DNA of 64,000 nucleotides from a virus (lineage: Duplodnaviria > Caudoviricetes): positions 1-64,000 of the IMG/VR virus record IMGVR_UViG_3300014208_000027; one strand, given 5' to 3'. The notes below the pieces were generated by a model. It worked only from the letters and a program-made list of their open reading frames with translations. It made no database searches and was not told where the DNA came from. The position numbers and the translations under genes are program-made. Shown here piece by piece: positions 56,844 through 64,000 of the stretch. The stretch's first letter is position 1. Every line of letters starts with the position of its first letter.

Positions 56844-58018
56844 TTAAGCTTGTTCAAAATTCTATATCGAAAGAAGAAATAAATTCCCTTTGTGAGTGGT
56901 TACAAACAGATCCGCGTCTCACTAAAGGGGAGTTAACTGTTCAATTTGAAAAAGAATTTGCAGAATTTGTTGGATCTAAGCATGCTGTTTTTGTCAATTC
57001 AGGTTCTTCTGCTAACTTGATAGCGTTGTATACTCTTTTATTGCGTTATTTTCCAGACTACCAAGAATATAGGGAAAAAATAAAAGTTATTGTTCCTGCT
57101 CTTTCTTGGATCACTACTGTAAGCCCGGTAATTCAATTTGGAATGCAACCGATTCTTTGCGATTGTGATAGAGCAACTCTTGGGTTAGATGTTGAGCACC
57201 TAGAAAGATTAATACTTCAACACAATCCGAAAGTTGTTATGTGTGTACATGTTTTGGGTTGGCCAGCAGATATTGTTAAAATTAGAAATATGTGTGAACA
57301 CTATGGCGCACTTTTGATTGAAGATACATGCGAAAGCATGGGTTGTCGGTGGAATAATAAGTGTCTTGGAACAGCAGGAAATGTTGGTACGTATTCTTTT
57401 TATTATGGTCATTTAGCTACCACTATTGAAGGTGGAATGCTTGTGACTAATGATGAAGCAATATATGATCTCGCTATTATGCTTCGTTCCCATTCTTGGC
57501 TTCGTGAATTTTCCGCAGAGAAACAAAAAAAACTTTATGATTTGTATGGGTTAGACGAATTTCAAGGATTATTTTCTTTCTTCTTTCCAGGGTTTAATCT
57601 TCGGTCAACGGATTTACAAGCTTTTCTAGGCTTGGGTCAATTAAAAAGACTTCCTGCGATGAATGAACAACGCATGGAAAATACAAAATTATATGATAGG
57701 CTAATTGAGAATGATTTTTGGAAAGTGAACATGTCAAGAGAAGCTTATACGGCTAGTCAGGCATATCCAATTATTACAAGGACTCCAAAACAAAGGAAAA
57801 AAATAGTTGAAGATTTAAAGGAAAATGGAGTTGAAACTAGACCATTGATTGCAGGTTCAATAGGAAGACAACCGTTTTGGATTGACAGATTTGGAGTTAC
57901 TAATTTAAAGATGGCGGATCTTGTTCATAACAATGGACTCTACGTACCGAACAATCATCAAATTACTGAAGAAGAAATAAAAAAAGTTTGCAGCGTTGTT
58001 AATAGGAACATTTTATGA
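56840..58018 (+). CDS. DegT-fold sugar 3-dehydratase, ColD-like
   Basis: VNSGSSAN, EDTCES, YYGHLATTIEGG (His in place of Schiff-base Lys). Confidence 0.8.
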   Translation: MIKLVQNSISKEEINSLCEWLQTDPRLTKGELTVQFEKEFAEFVGSKHAVFVNSGSSANLIALYTLLLRYFPDYQEYREKIKVIVPALSWITTVSPVIQFGMQPILCDCDRATLGLDVEHLERLILQHNPKVVMCVHVLGWPADIVKIRNMCEHYGALLIEDTCESMGCRWNNKCLGTAGNVGTYSFYYGHLATTIEGGMLVTNDEAIYDLAIMLRSHSWLREFSAEKQKKLYDLYGLDEFQGLFSFFFPGFNLRSTDLQAFLGLGQLKRLPAMNEQRMENTKLYDRLIENDFWKVNMSREAYTASQAYPIITRTPKQRKKIVEDLKENGVETRPLIAGSIGRQPFWIDRFGVTNLKMADLVHNNGLYVPNNHQITEEEIKKVCSVVNRNIL

Positions 58019-58752
58019 TACACAATGAAGAAAAGTTTATTTTATCTAGAGGAAAGAAAAAACTTGTTTCTGTTTTAATCCCGTCTAGAGGTAGAATTGA
58101 TAAGTTATTAGAAGTTATTGATAATGTTGTTGAGAAGAGTGCAGATGTTAATAAAATTGAGATATTGATTAGGTTTGATTCAGATGATTTTCAGAGTATT
58201 GAAAAAATAAAAGATCTACCATTTAATAAAGTGGATATATATGTTTTAATTGGAGAAAGATTTAGGGGATATAGAGACTTACATTTCTTCGTTAATGAAT
58301 TAAGTTCTTTGTCAAGAGGCGAGTTTATTTTTCTTTTCAACGATGATTCCTATATTGTTTCAGAGAAGTGGGAAAATAATTTGGAACCATTTTCTAATCA
58401 AGTAGTCATTCTTAAGCCAGAAACAAAGGATGATGCTTCAAATTATAATACCTTCCCAATAATTAACAGAAGTGTTTTTGAAATTTTACATCATTTTTCT
58501 TTACAAACTCACAATGACACATGGATGCAAGAAATTGGAAGAAATTTAAACATTGAACGTTCTTTGTACGGGTTAGAAATTTTTCATGATCGCCCTGACA
58601 ATCCAAATAAGAAAACTTTAGAGGAAGATGAGACCTGGGTAAATGGTAGAAAAACGTGGAATACTTCTAGGGTTGAATTTGATGAGGGAAAGTATCAAAT
58701 TCTAAGACAACAAGATATAATGGATATATTAAATTACTATAAGTCCAAATGA
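58015..58752 (+). CDS. GT2-like glycosyltransferase
   Basis: VSVLIPSRGR, FNDD, HNDTW. Confidence 0.75.
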   Translation: MIHNEEKFILSRGKKKLVSVLIPSRGRIDKLLEVIDNVVEKSADVNKIEILIRFDSDDFQSIEKIKDLPFNKVDIYVLIGERFRGYRDLHFFVNELSSLSRGEFIFLFNDDSYIVSEKWENNLEPFSNQVVILKPETKDDASNYNTFPIINRSVFEILHHFSLQTHNDTWMQEIGRNLNIERSLYGLEIFHDRPDNPNKKTLEEDETWVNGRKTWNTSRVEFDEGKYQILRQQDIMDILNYYKSK

Positions 58753-60020
58753 ATTTAGATAAAGTAATACTAGTAATTCCTGTTGATAGAATAGATTTTA
58801 ATCCCTTAACCTATCCTCCTTTGGGTTTATTATATATCGCCGCTGCGTTGGAAAAAGAATTTGTTGTTGAAGTCTTTGACATGCGCGAAGAGTATAATAC
58901 GATTGATAAAATTGGAGAAGCTGATTATTATGGATTTACAGCAACAACTTCTCAATTTGATGATGTTTTATATTGTGTCAATTTCTTGAAGAGAAAGAAT
59001 AAAAAATCTTTTTATTTTATTGGAGGGTCTCACGCTTCTTGGATGTATGAAGAAATAAAACACGATTTTAATGCGACGATAGTCGGGGAAGCTGACTTAC
59101 AGATTATTGATATTTTAAAGAGCAAAAAAGAAGGAGTTTTCTATTGTAATCTTAAAAAAGAAAATTTGGACGAGATTCCTTTTCCAGCAAGACACTTGAT
59201 GTTGTCAAATAGAATTGTTAGTAGTGATTTGTGGGATGGAGAGGGATATCAAAAAGAAAATTGTTCTACATTAGCTACGACTTTAATAACTTCAAGAGGA
59301 TGTCCATGGAAGTGTTCCTTTTGTGCAAATATACCGCAGAAAGTGAATTATAGATCTGAAGAAAATATAATTAAAGAAATTGAAAAAATTATTGAAGAGT
59401 ATACGTGTAGAAATTTTAGATTTCTTGATGATAATTTTTTAATGAACAAAAAGCGTCTTTTCCAATTGTTGCCAATGTTGAAGACTAAGAACATTTCTTA
59501 TAGATGTTCTGGTCGGTCTGACTTAATTGATGATAATATTTGCAAGCTTTTGTATGAAAGTGGGTGTAAAGAAATTGGGTTTGGCGTGGAAACAGCCGAT
59601 GATGAAGTTTTAAAACTGATAAATAAGGGAGAAAGTGTTGAGGAACACGAAAGAGCTATTAAATTAGCTAAACAAAATAATTTAAGAGTTAAGATTTTTA
59701 TGATGGCTGGATTACCCCTGGAGTCGTGGGAAACAATAGAAAAAAATAAAAGATTTATAGAGAAAACTCAACCGGATAAAGTCATTGTTACATTGTTTAC
59801 GCCATATCCTGGAAGTGATGCTTATAGATTCCCTGAAAAATATAAAATCAAAATTAAACAGGATGAGTGGAAATCGTTTTTCCAAACATATCCATCAAAG
59901 TCTATCATTTCAACAGATAAATGTTCATCAGAAGAATTAACTGAACATCATGAAACTATGATAAATTTTTTGCTTGATTTTAACAAAAAAAACAAGTATG
60001 ATTTACTAAAACAAAAATAG
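58749..60020 (+). CDS. B12-binding radical SAM protein (class B methyltransferase-like)
   Basis: PLGLLYIAA, GGSHA, TSRGCPWKCSFC, FGVET, GLPLE. Confidence 0.88.
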   Translation: MNLDKVILVIPVDRIDFNPLTYPPLGLLYIAAALEKEFVVEVFDMREEYNTIDKIGEADYYGFTATTSQFDDVLYCVNFLKRKNKKSFYFIGGSHASWMYEEIKHDFNATIVGEADLQIIDILKSKKEGVFYCNLKKENLDEIPFPARHLMLSNRIVSSDLWDGEGYQKENCSTLATTLITSRGCPWKCSFCANIPQKVNYRSEENIIKEIEKIIEEYTCRNFRFLDDNFLMNKKRLFQLLPMLKTKNISYRCSGRSDLIDDNICKLLYESGCKEIGFGVETADDEVLKLINKGESVEEHERAIKLAKQNNLRVKIFMMAGLPLESWETIEKNKRFIEKTQPDKVIVTLFTPYPGSDAYRFPEKYKIKIKQDEWKSFFQTYPSKSIISTDKCSSEELTEHHETMINFLLDFNKKNKYDLLKQK

Positions 60021-60032
60021 GAGAATTTTGTC

Positions 60033-61283
60033 ATGGAACAAAAAAAAATTGGTTTCGTAGGGTTAGGGAAGCTTGGTTTGCCTTGTGCTATGGCTATTGA
60101 GCAAGAAGGTGGATACAAAGTCTGTGGATATGATCCCGATCCAAGAGTTGAAGAAACATTGCTAACAAGACAACTTCCGTATAAAGAACATTTAGCTCAA
60201 GACTATTTGGATGAGACCAACATTACTCTTTATGATTCAATTAAATTGGTTGTTCAGAACTCTGACATTATTTTTGTTCCAATTCAAACTCCGCATCTTC
60301 CATTATACGAAGGAGATGTTAGAATTCCTGAAAGTAGAGTGGATTTCGACTATTCTTTTCTAAAAACTGGTATTGAAGAAATTTCTAAATGTATTTTAGA
60401 AGAAAAAAAAGAAAAGGTGGTAATTATTATTTCCACGGTTCTTCCAGGAACAGTTGAAAGAGAACTAAAACCGCTTCTTAATCAATATGTTAAATTGTGT
60501 TATAACCCATTTTTTATTGCCATGGGAACGTGTATACCAGATTTTCTTAACTCAGAATTTATTCTTTTCGGAGTTGATGATTCCGTTGCTGCAGGAATTG
60601 CAGAAAATTTTTATAAAACGATAACTAAATCTCCGTTTTATAAAACAACAGTTAAAAATGCAGAATTGGTAAAGGTCGCATACAATACATTCATTGGAAT
60701 GAAAATTGTTTTTGCAAATGTTTTGATGGAAATTTGTCACAAAACTGGAGCTGACGTTGATGCTGTTACAAATGCTTTAAAATTGGCAAATAGAAGAATT
60801 ATTAGCGGAAATTATTTTTCTGGCGGGATGGGCGATGGTGGAGGTTGTCATCCAAGGGATAACATTGCGCTTTCGTGGCTGGCAAAGAAATTAAACTTGA
60901 GTTACGACTGGTTCGAGGGTGTAATGGTTGCGAGAGAAAATCAAACTGAGTGGCTGGCAACTCTCATGGAACAATATGATTTGCCGAAAGTCATTCTAGG
61001 AAAGGCATTCAAGCCAGAAACAAATTTGACTCTTGGAAGTCCTTCGGTTCTGTTAAAGAATATTTTGGTTGAAAAAGGATATACTGTCACGATTTTTGAT
61101 CCTTTTGTTGATGGTGTCGTTCCAAAATTTGAGAAAAGCGTATTTTTGGTTGGAACCAAACATGAATGTTTTAAGGATTATGAATTTCCCGTTGGGTCTG
61201 TTGTCATTGATCCATGGAGATATATTCCAGATAAAGCTGGAATAACTATTATTAGAGTTGGAGAAGGAAAAGATGGAAATTGA
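60033..61283 (+). CDS. UDP-glucose/GDP-mannose 6-dehydrogenase family
   Basis: GLGKLG, STVLPGT, ELVKVAYN, GGGCHPRD. Confidence 0.9.
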   Translation: MEQKKIGFVGLGKLGLPCAMAIEQEGGYKVCGYDPDPRVEETLLTRQLPYKEHLAQDYLDETNITLYDSIKLVVQNSDIIFVPIQTPHLPLYEGDVRIPESRVDFDYSFLKTGIEEISKCILEEKKEKVVIIISTVLPGTVERELKPLLNQYVKLCYNPFFIAMGTCIPDFLNSEFILFGVDDSVAAGIAENFYKTITKSPFYKTTVKNAELVKVAYNTFIGMKIVFANVLMEICHKTGADVDAVTNALKLANRRIISGNYFSGGMGDGGGCHPRDNIALSWLAKKLNLSYDWFEGVMVARENQTEWLATLMEQYDLPKVILGKAFKPETNLTLGSPSVLLKNILVEKGYTVTIFDPFVDGVVPKFEKSVFLVGTKHECFKDYEFPVGSVVIDPWRYIPDKAGITIIRVGEGKDGN

Positions 61284-62109
61284 TAAGGTAAAAACTTTCT
61301 GGAACAACAGACCTTGCAATATCAAGCACTCTGTAAATGATATCGGAACAAAAAAATATTTTGATGAGGTGGAACAGAGGCGATATTTTGTTGAACCTCA
61401 CATTAGAACTTTCGCAGAATTTGATAAATGGAAAGGAAAAAGGGTTTTAGAAATTGGATGTGGCATAGGAACAGATACAATCAATTTCGCTCGTTATGGA
61501 GCTTTTGTTGATGCTGTTGATATTTCAGAGAAATCTTTAAATATTGCTATAAACAGAGCAAATATTTTTCAACTAGATCATAAAATAAATTTCTTTTTAC
61601 TAAGTGCAGAGGAATTAACAAAAAACCCTGTTATTTCTAAAACGAAATATGATTTAATATATTCTTTTGGGGTATTGCATCACACACCAAATCCATTTCT
61701 GGCTTTTTCTGAAATTAAAAAACTGTGTTGTCCTGAGACTGTTATTAAAATAATGCTTTATAATAAGTTCTCGATAAGATCGTTAGAAATGTTTTTTGAA
61801 CAAGTTTTCAATAGTGGGTTAGGTAATATCAAAAAATTTGCTTCAAACAACTCTGAGGCGCAAAAAGGATGTCCGTATACGTATGTATACGGAAGTAGAG
61901 AGATAAAAAAAGTGCTTTCCGGTTTTGGATTTGATTGTTCGGTTTCTATAAAACATATTTTTCCATATAATATATTTGAGTATATTAAACATAATTACGT
62001 TAAAAAGTGGTATTATAGATACATGCCTAGTTTTGTTTATGATTTTTTGTATAATTGTTTTGGTTGGCACTTGTTAATAGATGCTCATGTTCGGAATGAT
62101 AATGTTTGA
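61273..62109 (+). CDS. Class I SAM-dependent methyltransferase
   Basis: VLEIGCGIG, DLIYSFGVLHH. Confidence 0.88.
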   Translation: MEIDKVKTFWNNRPCNIKHSVNDIGTKKYFDEVEQRRYFVEPHIRTFAEFDKWKGKRVLEIGCGIGTDTINFARYGAFVDAVDISEKSLNIAINRANIFQLDHKINFFLLSAEELTKNPVISKTKYDLIYSFGVLHHTPNPFLAFSEIKKLCCPETVIKIMLYNKFSIRSLEMFFEQVFNSGLGNIKKFASNNSEAQKGCPYTYVYGSREIKKVLSGFGFDCSVSIKHIFPYNIFEYIKHNYVKKWYYRYMPSFVYDFLYNCFGWHLLIDAHVRNDNV

Positions 62110-62827
62110 AATAGATTCTGAATTAAACCTTATTTTAGAAAATAAACGAGTTGCTCTCATAGGACCATCTAATCATCTAATTGGGTCAGGTCTTGGAAAA
62201 ATTATTGATTCCTACGATGTTGTTTGCAGAATCAATGAGTCATACGCTTATGGTTATGAAAAGGATTATGGGGAAAGAACAGATATAGTTTTTCATAATA
62301 TGAATTCTTTGGATGGAATACCTCAAATTGAAGAAGAGTTTAAAGAAAAATGGGAAGAAATTAAAAAAATTAAATACTATGTGTGTCCTCAATATAAAAT
62401 TGATGATTTGAACATTAATTTGATTGAGGCATTTAGAAAAATAAACTTTTTAAATATTCCGTTTTATTATATAGGTGACAGAAATTACGACTTGCTTCGT
62501 TCTCGTTTTAGTTTAAAACCATCTACTGGTTTGATTTCTTCTGAAATGCTTCTTGAATACAATATTCGAGAATTATTCATCTCGGGACTATCGTTTTATT
62601 ATGGAAAAAATCTAATAGCCGAAGGCGTGCATCCAGCTCATTATGTTGGGAAACTTCCTCAAGGAGGACCAACAAATGGTCACAATTTTCTAAAAGAAAT
62701 GGAATATTTTTCCTTGCTAATGATAAAGAATTGTAATAGAACTAGAATTGACTCTTTTTTGTATAAAATTCTTCGCTTGAATGGTTTCTTCGTAAGAAGT
62801 GATGTTTGTATGATCAAAGATATTTGA
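62081..62827 (+). CDS. GT29 sialyltransferase-like protein (start may be 62102)
   Basis: VALIGPS..G..IDSYDVVCRIN (L-motif-like), PSTG..GLSF (S-motif-like). Confidence 0.65.
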   Translation: MLMFGMIMFEIDSELNLILENKRVALIGPSNHLIGSGLGKIIDSYDVVCRINESYAYGYEKDYGERTDIVFHNMNSLDGIPQIEEEFKEKWEEIKKIKYYVCPQYKIDDLNINLIEAFRKINFLNIPFYYIGDRNYDLLRSRFSLKPSTGLISSEMLLEYNIRELFISGLSFYYGKNLIAEGVHPAHYVGKLPQGGPTNGHNFLKEMEYFSLLMIKNCNRTRIDSFLYKILRLNGFFVRSDVCMIKDI

Positions 62828-62844
62828 TAAAAAGATAAAATCTT

Positions 62845-63735
62845 ATGAACGCAAAATGTTATATGTGTAATGAAAATTCGCTGTTTAAAAGATCTGAAAG
62901 AGTTAGAGATAATGAATTTCTTAATGTTTTTCAGTGTTCTTCTTGTGGGTTAATCTCTCTTTCTGATTTTTCTCATATTTCTAATGAGTTTTACGAATCG
63001 TCTACTATGAGAAGGGGAGATGCAGAGCAGCAAATTGCTGAGATTTTAGAGGCTTCAAAAAATGATGATGAAAGAAGATTTGAATATGTTAAAAAAAAGA
63101 AAGAATTATTTAAGAAAGAAAAAGTTGTTCTAGATTATGGTTGTGGTGCCGGAGGGTTTTTATTAAATCTTAGCAAACTTATTGATAAAAGCAAATTGTA
63201 TGGAATTGAAATTGAAGACATGACACGGCGTTTTTTAAATGATTCTGGAATAAAAGTTGTTAAAAGCGTTGAAGAATATAAAAAAAATGTAGGGCAAAAA
63301 GTTGATTTTGTTTCAATGTTCCATGTGCTAGAACATCTTCCAGATCCCAAGAAGTGTTTAATTGAATTGAGAAGTATTTTAACGGATACTGCAAAAATAT
63401 TTATAGAGGTTCCAAACGCCGATGATGCTTTGTTGTCAATTTATAAATGTGAATCGTTTGCCAATTTTGTATTTTGGTCGCCCCATTTGTATACGTTCAA
63501 TATTAAGAGTTTTGAAATAATGGCAAAGGAAACTGGGTATAGTTTGAAAAATATTAAACAAATTCAAAGATATCCGATTTCAAATCATTTATACTGGTTA
63601 AAAGAAGGCAAGCCAAACGGCCATAAGATGTTTGACATTTTTAATTACGATAGGCTATCCTATGAATACGAAAAAGTCTTGCGAAAAAATAAAATATGTG
63701 ATACTTTAATGGTGGAATTTGAAGTTCAACCTTAA
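62845..63735 (+). CDS. Class I SAM methyltransferase with N-terminal Zn ribbon
   Basis: CYMC..CSSCG, VLDYGCGAG, FHVLEHLPDP, IEVPN. Confidence 0.88.
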   Translation: MNAKCYMCNENSLFKRSERVRDNEFLNVFQCSSCGLISLSDFSHISNEFYESSTMRRGDAEQQIAEILEASKNDDERRFEYVKKKKELFKKEKVVLDYGCGAGGFLLNLSKLIDKSKLYGIEIEDMTRRFLNDSGIKVVKSVEEYKKNVGQKVDFVSMFHVLEHLPDPKKCLIELRSILTDTAKIFIEVPNADDALLSIYKCESFANFVFWSPHLYTFNIKSFEIMAKETGYSLKNIKQIQRYPISNHLYWLKEGKPNGHKMFDIFNYDRLSYEYEKVLRKNKICDTLMVEFEVQP

Positions 63736-63763
63736 AGTCGTTCAAAAAGGGAAATGATAGATT

Positions 63764-64000
63764 ATGAGAAATAAAAGAGTTTTTGTTATCGCAGAAATAG
63801 GGTTAAATGCAAATGGAGATGTTAGTATTGCTAAGGATTTAATTCTTAAATCTAAAGAATCTGGATGTGATGCAGTTAAATTCCAAAAACGAACAATTGA
63901 AGCGGTTTATTCTAAAGAAGAATTAGATTATTTTAGGGAAAGTCCTTGGGGTAATACAAATAGAAAGCAAAAAAACGGGCTTGAGTTTAGTAGAGAACAA
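63764..64000 (+). CDS. neuB: NeuB/PseI/SpsE-family nonulosonate synthase (truncated by window end)
   Basis: Own translation MRNKRVFVIAEIGLNANGD..GCDAVKFQKR. Confidence 0.85.
   Translation, partial: MRNKRVFVIAEIGLNANGDVSIAKDLILKSKESGCDAVKFQKRTIEAVYSKEELDYFRESPWGNTNRKQKNGLEFSREQ

Noticed and set aside
5428-63350. Many opposite-strand or alternate-frame ORFs in the track (e.g. 2774, 5716, 23862, 28462, 41807, 51526)
   Set aside because: They lie within well-supported genes and lack recognisable motifs or start signals
1-64000. tRNA, rRNA, tmRNA, integrase, transposase, capsid or terminase genes
   Set aside because: No T-loop/cloverleaf or family motifs recognised by eye; tRNAscan-SE and HMM searches would be needed to exclude them
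47548-64000. Eukaryotic giant-virus or bacterial chromosomal origin
   Set aside because: Sigma70 promoters, SD sites, overlapping operons and phage-type small ORFs (including a Trp-repeat gene inside the cluster) favour a bacteriophage

Overview
AT-rich 64-kb fragment of a large (jumbo-type) tailed dsDNA bacteriophage. This call rests on dense small ORFs, sigma70-type promoters and host-like genes. No capsid, terminase, rRNA, tRNA or CRISPR array was seen. Layout: (1) 1-9.7 kb, plus strand: an early/accessory region with many promoters, Trp-repeat genes, a VWA/MoxR pair and DUF932. (2) 9.7-11.4 kb: a convergent non-coding gap holding ten sigma54-like (-24/-12) sites in both orientations, four copies of a 19-bp motif and a G-rich tract. 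(3) 11.4-35.1 kb, minus strand: many small beta-barrel-like ORFs, HNH, GIY-YIG, Hsp20, RNA ligase, denV, dNMP kinase, DnaE, MT-A70, GroEL, GuaB/GuaC-like, ThyX, endolysin and an L,D-transpeptidase. (4) 35-43.7 kb: virion-like acidic proteins, ClpP, a candidate sRNA, a trypsin-like protease, PhoH and a candidate origin. (5) 47.5-64 kb: a large glycosylation/nucleotide-sugar cluster that runs off the window end. The most striking signals are the sigma54-site array and the 23-aa Trp-repeat family with an invariant scaffold and hypervariable positions. All product calls come from motif recognition by eye, not database searches.
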